Below, in pieces: positions 19,713 through 29,934 of a stretch of 64,000 nucleotides of DNA. The first letter of the stretch is position 1. Each line of letters starts with the position of its first letter. Position numbers and translations under genes: made by a program. A model generated the notes under the pieces. It saw nothing but the letters and a program-made list of their open reading frames with translations. It was not told the DNA's origin and ran no database searches. The stretch is taken from the NCBI GenBank assembly GCA_963754925.1, contig CAVWHX010000001.1, positions 160,001-224,000 on the forward strand. Reading direction: 5' to 3'. The DNA is from an uncultured delta proteobacterium. Lineage in GTDB: Bacteria > Myxococcota > B64-G9.

Positions 19713-21878
19713 ATGGGAAAACTCCAGCTGGTGATGGTGGTTCACTGCCATCAACCTTTCGGCAACTTTGAGTCGGTGTGCGAACGAGCTTTCCAGAGTT
19801 GCTACCAACCTTTTTTGGAGATGCTGGAGCTTCACCCCGGCGTGCGCTTGGGAATGCATTATAGTGGTGCACTGTTGGAATGGATTGAAGGGCATCACCC
19901 TGATTTTATCGAGCGGTTCACCGAGCTCTGCGCGCGTGGTCAGGTCGAGGTTCTCGGCGGCGGCTTCTATGAGCCCATACTGTGCCTGGTGCCGGAAATT
20001 GACGCGCTCGGGCAGATCCAGAAGATGCGGGAGTACCTCGCGGATCGTCTCGGAATTAGTCAAAAAGGATTATGGCTGGCGGAACGCGTGTGGGAGCCGG
20101 GACTTATCGAGCTGCTTAACCGTGCCGGGGTGCGCTATACCCTCCTGGATGATACTCACTTTTTGTATGCCGGGGTACCCCGCAACCAGTTATGTGGTTA
20201 CTACGTCACCGAGCGATTCGGCTCCACCCTGGCGGTGTTCCCGATCGAACGAAGGTTGCGTCGATCCATTCCGTATCGGCCGGTGCGCGAGATCATGGAC
20301 GAACTCAAGAAAGAAGCCGATAGCACGCCGCATGGTATAACGTACGGCGATGATGGCGAGAAGTTCGGTCTATGGCCGGGATCGCATGAGATCGCCTACG
20401 GTCAGGGATGGTTGACGGACTTCTTCGATGCGCTTGAAACCAACGCCGACTGGCTCGAAACCGTGCCGCCGGGTACGTATATGGATCGATTTCCGCCCAC
20501 GGGGCGCATATACCTTCCGAGCACTTCGTACGAAGAACTCAATACGTGGGCGTTGCCGGTTGAGACACAACAACGACTCGACGAGCTTAAGGCCGGACTT
20601 CGGGATGCCGGGCTCGCGGAAAAGGCCGAGTTCTTTTGCCAGGGGGGGATGTTCCATAACTTTCTGGTCAGGTATCCCGAGGCCAATCATCTGCATAAGA
20701 AAATGCTTCTCGTCAGCAGCAAGTTGAGCCAGGCGTTGGCCGATGGGCACGAGTGGACCGACGCGCACGAAGAAGCCCGGGAGGCACTCTATCGGGGCCA
20801 ATGCGGTAGCGCATACTGGCACGGTGTCTTCGGCGGCATCTACCTGCCCCATTTGCGGGATGCCGCCTATCGTGAACTCATCAAGGCCGAGTGTATTCTG
20901 GATACGCGCAGCCAAGGTGAGGTTGATTGGTTGTCCTTTGACCAGCATGATTTCGATGCCGATTTGGCTGATGAGGTGCTGATCGAGAGCGGTTGGCTCA
21001 ACGCCTATATAGACCCGGCTGAAGGCGGCTCGCTCACCGAGCTTGATTATAGACCGCGGTATCTGAACCTGACCGATGTATTGGCCCGCCGGCGCGAGGC
21101 GTACCATACGCGATCCATTGAAGGAGCAGAGCCTTCCGAGGTACAGAAGACCGGCGCGTACGATTCGGTGCGGCGGACGAGCTTTCTCGATCGCTTTCCC
21201 GCCGCGGATACCCAACTGGCTGCATTGCAGCGGGGGGAGTACCGCGAGGAGGGCGATTTCCTTACCGGATCCTACACCGTCTCGCGTCTGGACGAGGATT
21301 CCAGCGGCCAGGGTGATTGCGAGCTCGTGTTAACGCGTTTAGGGACCCTGAGTCGAAACGGTGCGAGCTACCCGCTCGAGATCGAGAAACGCTTTTGTTT
21401 TATGGCCGATCGACCAGAACTGCTGGCTGAATATACTCTTCGCAACCCATCCCAACAACCCCTCGATCTGTGCTTTTGCCCTGAGCTCAATTTAACCTGG
21501 TTGGCCGGTGAGGGGGGTAGCGAACGGTATTGGATCGCGTTTACGGGCGTGCCGCCCGAAGTCGCCGGCCAAGCAAAAGTCAGCGCACCAACCGATGTCG
21601 TTTGCCTGGCCGATCGGGTCGACGGGGTGACCATTTCCCTTGGCGTTAACCCATCCACGGTTGTGTGGTGCTACCCGGTCGTCACCTCCTCGCAATCAGA
21701 AGGCGGTTCGACGCGTATTCAACAAGGTCTAGCGGTGCTCGCTCGTTACGAAATTACTATTCCACCTGATGGCGTGGTACGGATTGCATTCCGTCTGAGC
21801 ATAGCGAACAATGATGCGGCCGAGACGGAAGCACCAAAACCGGAAGCAGGATTGGGAACAGGACCCAGGTCGGCTTAG
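19713..21878 (+). CDS. GH57 alpha-amylase/4-alpha-glucanotransferase
   Basis: HCHQP, HYSGALLEW, GGGFYEPIL, WLAERVW (nucleophile E), GDDGEKFGLWPG (acid/base D), YWHGVFGGIYLPHLR. Confidence 0.9.
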   Translation: MGKLQLVMVVHCHQPFGNFESVCERAFQSCYQPFLEMLELHPGVRLGMHYSGALLEWIEGHHPDFIERFTELCARGQVEVLGGGFYEPILCLVPEIDALGQIQKMREYLADRLGISQKGLWLAERVWEPGLIELLNRAGVRYTLLDDTHFLYAGVPRNQLCGYYVTERFGSTLAVFPIERRLRRSIPYRPVREIMDELKKEADSTPHGITYGDDGEKFGLWPGSHEIAYGQGWLTDFFDALETNADWLETVPPGTYMDRFPPTGRIYLPSTSYEELNTWALPVETQQRLDELKAGLRDAGLAEKAEFFCQGGMFHNFLVRYPEANHLHKKMLLVSSKLSQALADGHEWTDAHEEAREALYRGQCGSAYWHGVFGGIYLPHLRDAAYRELIKAECILDTRSQGEVDWLSFDQHDFDADLADEVLIESGWLNAYIDPAEGGSLTELDYRPRYLNLTDVLARRREAYHTRSIEGAEPSEVQKTGAYDSVRRTSFLDRFPAADTQLAALQRGEYREEGDFLTGSYTVSRLDEDSSGQGDCELVLTRLGTLSRNGASYPLEIEKRFCFMADRPELLAEYTLRNPSQQPLDLCFCPELNLTWLAGEGGSERYWIAFTGVPPEVAGQAKVSAPTDVVCLADRVDGVTISLGVNPSTVVWCYPVVTSSQSEGGSTRIQQGLAVLARYEITIPPDGVVRIAFRLSIANNDAAETEAPKPEAGLGTGPRSA

Positions 21879-21892
21879 GAGGCAACGTCACT

Positions 21893-23362
21893 ATGAGGAT
21901 TCTGTTCGCCAGCTCGGAGATGGCGCCCTATTCAAAAACCGGCGCTTTGGCGGATGTGGCGCATGGCCTTCCGAAAAAGTTGATTCAACATGGCCATGAG
22001 GTCACGGTCGTCACCCCGCGCTATGGTCACATAGACGTTGGAGCGTTTGATTTGAGGCGTCGCCGTACCAAGCTAACCATTCCGATCTGCGGCCGTCCGG
22101 TTCAGGGCGGTTACCTTGAAGGGCTGGGGCCGGATGGTATTGGCGTCCTCTTTGTTGACCAGCCGGGCTACTTCGAGCGCGATGGGTTGTACGAAACCCA
22201 GGGACAGGAGTACCCGGACAACGATGAGCGATTTGCCTTTTTCTCTCGGGGGGTGCTGGAGGCGTGCCGGTTGTGCGAACTGGCCCCCGATGTCATTCAC
22301 TGCAACGATTGGCAGACAGGCCCGGTAGCCGTGCTGCTCGAGACCGAGTACCGCGATCGGCCAGAACTGAACACCACCGGGACGGTCTTCACCATTCACC
22401 ATATGGCCGCGCAAGGGATCTTTCCGCCAAACGCCATGATGGCGCTCGGACTGCCCTGGGATCTCTTTACGCCATCGACCGTCGAGTTTTCCGGTAAGGT
22501 AAGCTACCTCAAGAGCGGCCTGGTCTTTGCCGACAAGCTCACCACCGTGAGCCATCGCTACGCTGCCGAGATTTGCACCGTCGGCTTTGGGTGTGGGCTT
22601 GACGGGGTACTGCATGACCGCGCTACCGACCTGCGGGGGATCCTCAACGGCGTTGACTACGGCGCCTGGGATCCGCGCCAGGATTCCTTGATCGCGGCAC
22701 GCTATTCGCCGGCTGATCTTTCCGGCAAAGCGGTATGCAAGGCCGAGCTCCAGAAGCGGTACGGTTTGCCGCAGCAGATCGGCGTGCCGCTTGTCGGTTG
22801 CGTGTCGCGCTTAACCGCCGAGAAGGGTATCGACCTCTTTCTCGATGCGGCCGATGAATTGATGCGCCTCGATTGCCAGTGGTGCTTTGTTGGTCAGGGC
22901 GAGCCGGCGATCGAACAGGCGTTGATGAGCCTCGCGGCGCGTTACCCGCATCGGCTGGCGGTGCACCTGGGCTCTGGCGAGGAGGTGGCGCACGCGCTCC
23001 ATGCCGGGGTGGACCTTTTCCTGATGCCTTCGCGGTTTGAACCGTACGGCCCGTCGCAAATCTACAGCCTCCGGTACGGGACGATTCCCATAGTGAGTAA
23101 TGTCGGCGGATTGGATGATGCTATCGATGACGTTTCAGAGGGCGAGGGGAATGGTTTTAAGTTTTCTGAAGCCAACGGGCGGGCATTAGGAGACGTCGTG
23201 CGCCGAGCGTTGGAATGGTATCATGACCGAGGAGTTTGGCAGCAGTTGATGCAACACGCAATGAGCCAAGACTTTTCTTGGGAGTTGCCGGCGCGGCGTT
23301 ACGAGGCGATATACCGCGAGGTCGTCGCCCTCCGCGCAACCAAGGCTAAAAAAAGTTCATAG
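21893..23362 (+). CDS. glgA: Glycogen synthase
   Basis: SEMAPYSKTGALADV, DNDERFAFF, HCNDWQ, GILNGVD, PSRFEP, DFSW. Confidence 0.9.
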   Translation: MRILFASSEMAPYSKTGALADVAHGLPKKLIQHGHEVTVVTPRYGHIDVGAFDLRRRRTKLTIPICGRPVQGGYLEGLGPDGIGVLFVDQPGYFERDGLYETQGQEYPDNDERFAFFSRGVLEACRLCELAPDVIHCNDWQTGPVAVLLETEYRDRPELNTTGTVFTIHHMAAQGIFPPNAMMALGLPWDLFTPSTVEFSGKVSYLKSGLVFADKLTTVSHRYAAEICTVGFGCGLDGVLHDRATDLRGILNGVDYGAWDPRQDSLIAARYSPADLSGKAVCKAELQKRYGLPQQIGVPLVGCVSRLTAEKGIDLFLDAADELMRLDCQWCFVGQGEPAIEQALMSLAARYPHRLAVHLGSGEEVAHALHAGVDLFLMPSRFEPYGPSQIYSLRYGTIPIVSNVGGLDDAIDDVSEGEGNGFKFSEANGRALGDVVRRALEWYHDRGVWQQLMQHAMSQDFSWELPARRYEAIYREVVALRATKAKKSS

Positions 23363-23381
23363 GATTGTCGAGGGAACAGCC

Positions 23382-24146
23382 ATGGGTCTGTGGGGCACGC
23401 TCGACGCCATGCCAATCGCCGAGTTGATGCAATGGTTGGCGAAAGTCAACCGTTCGGGAACGCTCATCGTTGAATACTCCGGGGTGACCAAGAGCATAGT
23501 TCTCGAGTCTGGTATGGTGGTCAAGGTCGCCTCGACCGACCCGCGCGAGTACCTTGGTCAGCTTTTGATCAACTTTGGATTGATAACGGAGGACCAGCTC
23601 CAAAAGGCGTTTGTGACCCAACAAGAAACCCAGGTGTTATTGGGAAAAATATTGACCATGACCGGTATTTGCTCGGAAGACCAAATCAAGCGTGTCCTCG
23701 TGTTGAAAATCCGTGAGTCGATTATGGATCTGATGCTGGTATCGGAAGGCTCCTTTGAATTCCAGAACGATTTGCAACCCATCGACCCTTCAATCGTTCC
23801 GGTGGCGGTGGATCTTTTTGCCCTCGTCAAGGAAGGGCTTGAACGCTGCGTTCATTATCAGCAGATTCGCCAGGTTATTCCGAGTAACACCTACCGTTTT
23901 GAAACGCAGGAACTGTTCATTCCCGCCGATCTGGACCCGCAATCAATCAATGCCTTGGTGCTTGAACAAGTGCGCCGCGGCCAGAATGTAGCGGATATGG
24001 TTCTCACGTTTCATTCCCTCGATTATCCAATTCTGAAAAGGATTTTCGATCTTGTCCAACGCGGCTGGCTCACGGTGGTCGAACCGAATCCGGAGTCAAC
24101 CCCGGCGGACCTTCCCGATGTTGACATCGAGATTGAATCGGATTGA
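23382..24146 (+). CDS. DUF4388 (PATAN-like) domain protein
   Basis: MGLWGTLDAMPIAELMQW...SGTL...GMVV..ST..REYLGQLL...EGSFEF. Confidence 0.75.
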   Translation: MGLWGTLDAMPIAELMQWLAKVNRSGTLIVEYSGVTKSIVLESGMVVKVASTDPREYLGQLLINFGLITEDQLQKAFVTQQETQVLLGKILTMTGICSEDQIKRVLVLKIRESIMDLMLVSEGSFEFQNDLQPIDPSIVPVAVDLFALVKEGLERCVHYQQIRQVIPSNTYRFETQELFIPADLDPQSINALVLEQVRRGQNVADMVLTFHSLDYPILKRIFDLVQRGWLTVVEPNPESTPADLPDVDIEIESD

Positions 24147-24161
24147 TTGAAGGGATGCACC

Positions 24162-25535
<1,374 letters not shown>

Positions 25536-25576
25536 GCGCTCGACGTGCCGAGGGCCGCAGGGTCGTCCCGGAAGGC

Positions 25577-26533
25577 CTAGAGGGCTGTGTCGGGCTGATA
25601 GAAATACGCGCTTTGCTGCAGCAGACAGATCTGATCTGATCCGGCTTCGCGGGCTAGATCGAGCGCCTTTTTGGCTTGTTCGATGAGGTTCGAGGCGCTT
25701 GAGACGTCTCGACTTGGGTAGAAAGAAACCCCCACGCTGACGTGCACTACCTTGCCATCGGGGCCGATAATGTTCATGGTTTTTACCTGGCGACAGATGC
25801 GACCAGCCACCGCGAGCGATCCGGTAAAATGGGTGCGCGGGAGAAGAACCGTAAAGCAATCGGGAGCGCTCCGCGCTATGACGTCAAACTCACGCATCCC
25901 GGCGCGTATAACATCGGCAAGCTCTCTGAGCAAAATGTCGATGGTTTCCTCAGCGTTATGTCGAGACAAATCTGCGAACTTTTCCAGGCTTATCAGGATA
26001 CAGGAGAGCGGCTCGCTGTATCGCTCGGCGCGTTCGAATTCCTCGGCGAGTCGTTCCTGAAGATGGCGTTCGTTGTACAGGCCGGTCGTTTGATCAAAAA
26101 GGCTTACGTCGTCCAGGAATTTGTTGTTGGATGCCAGCCGGTCGTACAAACGCTTTATTTGGAGCAGCGCCTCGATGCGCGCCAACAATTCACGGGTATC
26201 AACCGGCTTTCCCAGGTAGTCATCGGCGCCTGTTTTGAGGCCCTGCACCCGGCCGTCAGGATCGGTTTTGGCGGACATCAAGATGATCGGCAAGAATGCA
26301 TTCCCTTGGTTGCTCTTGAGAACGCGACAGAGGGAGAGGCCGTTCATTTCCGGCATGACCACGTCGAGTATAATCAAATCCGGCTTGAGATCCCGCGCGG
26401 TGGCAAGCCCCGTCGCGCCATTCGTGGCGAGGGCCACCCGGTAGTTCGCCTTTAACAGCATCTCTTCAAAAACGTGACGCACGCCGTCGTCATCGTCAAT
26501 TACCAAGATAAGCGGTCTTTTTTCGGTCGACAT
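25577..26533 (-). CDS. Response regulator with a degenerate GGDEF domain
   Basis: REC domain IDDD...DLIILDVVMPEMNG...GADDYLGKP. GGDEF fold DQTTGLYN...REFDVIARSAPDCF...SVGVS. Confidence 0.85.
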   Translation of the reverse strand: MSTEKRPLILVIDDDDGVRHVFEEMLLKANYRVALATNGATGLATARDLKPDLIILDVVMPEMNGLSLCRVLKSNQGNAFLPIILMSAKTDPDGRVQGLKTGADDYLGKPVDTRELLARIEALLQIKRLYDRLASNNKFLDDVSLFDQTTGLYNERHLQERLAEEFERAERYSEPLSCILISLEKFADLSRHNAEETIDILLRELADVIRAGMREFDVIARSAPDCFTVLLPRTHFTGSLAVAGRICRQVKTMNIIGPDGKVVHVSVGVSFYPSRDVSSASNLIEQAKKALDLAREAGSDQICLLQQSAYFYQPDTAL

Positions 26534-26599
26534 GGGAGGTCCTAAGTTAGTCACGGTGTCAGATTCTAGTATTGCATGCTCCGAGGGCTAGGACAAGTT

Positions 26600-26708
26600 T
26601 AGAGCCTGTTAGCTCGCGCAGCGAGCTTACAGGCTCTTATCCCCGAAGGGGATTAGAAATCGCCCAAGAGTGAAGTGAGCTTACAGGCTCTTATCCCTTT
26701 AGGGGTAG
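26600..26708 (+). repeat. TAGAG hairpin element (one full 54-bp unit plus a partial second unit)
   Basis: tagagcctgttagctcgcgcagcgagcttacaggctcttatccccgaaggggattagaa, then ...gagcttacaggctcttatccctttagggg. Confidence 0.85.
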
Positions 26709-26712
26709 CGAG

Positions 26713-26789
26713 TGTCATTTCGAGCGGAGCGAGAAATCTAAATAACGATAAGATCGTGTTGGAGATATCTCCCTTCGGTCGATATGACA
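26713..26789. repeat. REP-like palindromic element of a second class
   Basis: tgtcatttcgagcggagcgagaaatct ... agatatctcccttcggtcgatatgaca, with inverted TGTCAT/ATGACA ends. Confidence 0.7.
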
Positions 26790-26860
26790 TTCCTTGCAAC
26801 CGCTTTCATTGATCCCGGGTCAGCTTCATGGCAAGCTGCAGGCACGAAGGAGGTGCGGTC

Positions 26861-27628
26861 ATGTTGCTGGTCATTGACGTCGGTAATACCAATATCGTTT
26901 TCGGCGTGTTCCAGGGAGAACAACTGTTACGGCATTGGCGGCTCGGCACCGCCGCCGAACGCAGCTCTGATGAATACGGCGCCTTGCTCGAGCAGTTCAT
27001 GTCCATGGCTGGCCTTGGTCTCAAAGACATCACGGCGACCATTCTCTCGTGCGTGGTGCCGCCCGTGGAGTGGATCATCATACACACCCTTGAGGAATAC
27101 CTGCATCTCGCGCCGATGATCGTCGGGCCCGGCATCAAAACCGGGGTGCGCATTCTGTACGACAATCCGAAAGAGGTTGGAGCGGATCGCATTGTCAATG
27201 CCGTCGCCGCATTGGCGCACCACCCGGGTCCGATGATCATTGTGGATTTCGGAACCGCCACGACCTTTGACGCTATCAGCAAAGAGGGGGATTATCTCGG
27301 GGGAGCGATTTGCCCCGGCATCAGCATTTCGATGGAGGCGCTTTTCCGTGAAGCTTCAAAGTTGCCCCGGGTGACCTTTTCCCAGCCGGATTCAATCATC
27401 GGCCGCAACACGGTCACGAGCATGCAAGCAGGTTTGTTTTACGGGTATGTCGGGTTGGTCAACGGCATGGTGGAACGCATGGCGGCCGAGCTCGGCGGCG
27501 GGGAGGTTCGGGTCGTCGCCACCGGCGGTTTGGCGAAACTTATCGGTCCGGCTTCGCGATACATCAAAGAAGTCGATAACTTGCTCACTCTCGAGGGCCT
27601 GCGGATCCTGTACGAACGAAATCGATAG
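26861..27628 (+). CDS. coaX: Type III pantothenate kinase
   Basis: LLVIDVGNTN, SCVVP, YDNPKEVGADR, IVDFGTATT, GGAICPG, ATGG, LTLEGL. GGAGG RBS. Confidence 0.95.
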   Translation: MLLVIDVGNTNIVFGVFQGEQLLRHWRLGTAAERSSDEYGALLEQFMSMAGLGLKDITATILSCVVPPVEWIIIHTLEEYLHLAPMIVGPGIKTGVRILYDNPKEVGADRIVNAVAALAHHPGPMIIVDFGTATTFDAISKEGDYLGGAICPGISISMEALFREASKLPRVTFSQPDSIIGRNTVTSMQAGLFYGYVGLVNGMVERMAAELGGGEVRVVATGGLAKLIGPASRYIKEVDNLLTLEGLRILYERNR

Positions 27629-27797
27629 CGCGCTGCGGTACCACCTGATTATTAGATACAATCTACAATATTTCTGGTATAAATAGCATAAATATGAACA
27701 TTGGTGTCATGGCCGCATAAATATCTGTACCGGCAGTTCTCGGTATTTGTATACCGTACTTCGCAAATGTTCTTGAATGATAGGCATCTGAAAGAAA

Positions 27798-28160
27798 ATG
27801 CTAAAATATCCACTCCATTTGAGGCTCATTTCATGTGTGATTATGTTACTAGCAATTGTTGTTCCCTGTTTTTTTGGTAGTAGATCAGAACCTTGGTTTA
27901 TTATAATCCATGTAACATTAATCTTGGGGGGCTGTGTTTTTATAATTTCACTCATACCATATATTAATAATCAAACTAATCGAGAAATTGACAAACGGTA
28001 CCTTTACATATTTATACCGATAATTATCATATTAGCTACTATTTATCTTCTATTTCCAGAACCAATATCTAGTTTAATATATTTAGGTCCGTGGCTATTG
28101 TTATTAATATATCAAATTATCAAAATGAGTTATTTGATCTTCATAAAAGATAAGAAATGA
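27798..28160 (+). CDS. Small AT-rich multi-pass membrane protein, hypothetical
   Basis: About 4 hydrophobic segments and very AT-rich codons. Confidence 0.55.
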   Translation: MLKYPLHLRLISCVIMLLAIVVPCFFGSRSEPWFIIIHVTLILGGCVFIISLIPYINNQTNREIDKRYLYIFIPIIIILATIYLLFPEPISSLIYLGPWLLLLIYQIIKMSYLIFIKDKK

Positions 28161-28236
28161 TCGCGTGGCCCATAGATGGATGGGTAGAAAACGATCATGC
28201 GAAGAGGTGAGCTGATATCTTAATTATCTCGTTCTT

Positions 28237-28527
28237 TTGGGACCAATCGTGCTCTGTGGCGGCATGTTTTTCGGTTTATATTTAGCTATTAAGATACCGC
28301 ACGTTTTATTTTGGTTTATTATGGCCCTGTTCCTGAGTGGCTTTGTTGCCTTCGCTAAGGCAAAACTCTCGGTGATAACCCAGGGCCGCTTCTTTTCTCT
28401 CGGCTCTCGCAATATGTCCCGGTGGAATAAAGTGGCCTACTACTACGGGTATTGTGCGGGGGTCCTTGGACTTATAATGTGTCTCGGGTTTTTGATGTGG
28501 TCATATTATGCCTTTCAGCACTCGTAA
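28237..28527 (+). CDS. Small membrane protein, hypothetical (true start possibly ATG 28197 via an indel)
   Basis: About 3 hydrophobic segments; AKLSVITQGRFFSLGSRNMS loop. Confidence 0.55.
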   Translation: MGPIVLCGGMFFGLYLAIKIPHVLFWFIMALFLSGFVAFAKAKLSVITQGRFFSLGSRNMSRWNKVAYYYGYCAGVLGLIMCLGFLMWSYYAFQHS

Positions 28528-28573
28528 TATAAGGTCTTCATAAAATAATAATTACAGATTTGGAGGTAGAAAA

Positions 28574-28954
28574 TTGAGTCGAATGAAAAACGTTGGGATG
28601 TGGATATTGTTTTTATGGCTCATAAATTCAGTAATGGGATTATTTGTGGCGGATGTTATTGCCAGTTCATTACATATTGGCGGCAGACCGCTACGAATAT
28701 TTTACTGTCTCGGTGCAGTCATCTGCGGCAGTGCTCTTTGGGGCCTTTTCAGGTCCAAACAATGGGGGGTAAAGCTTGCGGCGTTGATTTTTTCGTTGGC
28801 AACAGCATATACCTTATATAGAACATTAATCTTTATAGTCAACTCTTGTAGTCTCTCAAATTTGGGATTCAAGATATCAATTGGCGAACTTGTGATCAAT
28901 TCTGTATTTGCTTATGTTTTTATAAACCTACTAAGACAAAAAGTAACAAAATGA
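28574..28954 (+). CDS. Small multi-pass membrane protein, hypothetical
   Basis: GGAGG RBS, about 4 TM segments, LWGLFRSKQWG motif. Confidence 0.6.
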   Translation: MSRMKNVGMWILFLWLINSVMGLFVADVIASSLHIGGRPLRIFYCLGAVICGSALWGLFRSKQWGVKLAALIFSLATAYTLYRTLIFIVNSCSLSNLGFKISIGELVINSVFAYVFINLLRQKVTK

Positions 28955-28982
28955 GAAATCAAAACCATTAATACAATGCATA

Positions 28983-29153
28983 GGTCTCCGTGCTCGGGCT
29001 GCGGTCCCGGTAGGCTGCGGCCTTCGCTGCCTGCGCGCGGATCCCAGGCTTTCGCTCCCTTCACTTTGCAATAGTTGATTTGCAAAGCTTCGGTCGCTTG
29101 GAACCCCCGCCCGCCCCGGCCGACCGGAACTCTTCTTGCTTCGACCGAGAACA
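28983..29153 (-). other. ~170-bp GC-rich fold-back (imperfect palindrome) element
   Basis: Nested pairings centred on tttgcaa-tagttgat-ttgcaaa. On the - strand gttccggt/accgggac and gggttccaagc/gcctgggatcc pair with G-T wobbles. Confidence 0.65.
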
Positions 29154-29202
29154 TTTTAAAGCTGCCAACCAGTTACGAAACTCATCAGGTCTGGGAAGTT
29201 CA

Positions 29203-29232
29203 TTGACAAACAATTTGTTGAGGCACTAAGAT
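29203..29232 (+). promoter_or_regulatory. Promoter of hicBA, probably leaderless
   Basis: TTGACA-N18-TAAGAT with the ATG only 6 nt downstream and no RBS. The spacer holds the inverted repeat aacaa-t-ttgtt. Confidence 0.6.
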
Positions 29233-29238
29233 AAGCTT

Positions 29239-29451
29239 ATGAATGGAAATGAGATCATCTTCATAGTCGAGGAGGCACTAGAGGGCGGCTACACCGCACA
29301 TAGCTTAGGCCATTCAGTCTTCACTGAAGGGGAGACCTTAGAGGAACTACGGGAAAACATTCGTGAAGCTGTTGAGTGTCACTTTGAACCAGATACCATC
29401 CCAAAAATAATAAGACTTCATTTCATCAAAGAAGAGACCATCGCTGTATGA
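29239..29451 (+). CDS. hicB: HicB-like antitoxin (short form)
   Basis: IIFIVEEALEGGYTA...TEGETLEELRENIREAVECH. ATGA overlap with the next gene. Confidence 0.8.
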   Translation: MNGNEIIFIVEEALEGGYTAHSLGHSVFTEGETLEELRENIREAVECHFEPDTIPKIIRLHFIKEETIAV

Positions 29452-29693
29452 GCAAATTGCCGAGGGACATTAGTGGGCTTGAGCTGGTGCGATTGCTGGC
29501 CAAGGTCGACTATAACGTCGTTAGGCAAAAGGGCTCTCATATCAGACTCGAAAGAATTTCGAGCGAAGGAATCCACGCCATCACCGTTCCCGCCCACGAT
29601 TCTTTTAAGATTGGGACGTTCCATGCCATCCTCAAAGATGTTGCTGACCATTTTAAAATTGCAAAGTCAGATCTGATTAATAGGTTGTTTTAG
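29448..29693 (+). CDS. hicA: HicA-family toxin (mRNase)
   Basis: LPRDISGLELVRLL...RQKGSH...ITVPAH...IGTFHAILK. Confidence 0.9.
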   Translation: MSKLPRDISGLELVRLLAKVDYNVVRQKGSHIRLERISSEGIHAITVPAHDSFKIGTFHAILKDVADHFKIAKSDLINRLF

Positions 29694-29864
29694 TTATTAT
29701 TCAGATGATAGCAGGTACCAACTCGAGTTCAATACAACCGTAAAAACAGCCAAACAGGCCGGACGATCGTTGAAGACGCCGGCCACCCGTGGGGTGATGG
29801 ATCGAGCATCCAGGCAAGCGCTCCGGAGGCCGAAAAGCCAGGAGAGGATATTCACATCCAATGC

Positions 29865-29893
29865 TTGACAGCGCAGAAAGCCTGGACTACCGT
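29865..29893 (+). promoter_or_regulatory. Putative promoter of the EF-G paralog operon
   Basis: TTGACA-N17-TACCGT. Confidence 0.5.
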
Positions 29894-29934
29894 GAACGCC
29901 TTCGAGCCGTATGACATCACCTGCGGAGGCACGG

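Noticed and set aside
19320..19713. Short ORFs in the AT-rich spacer upstream of the GH57 gene
   Set aside because: No recognisable motifs or RBS, and they partly overlap degenerate repeats.
27650..29693. Classical integron cassette array
   Set aside because: No intI gene and no RYYYAAC...GTTRRRY attC sites between the small ORFs.
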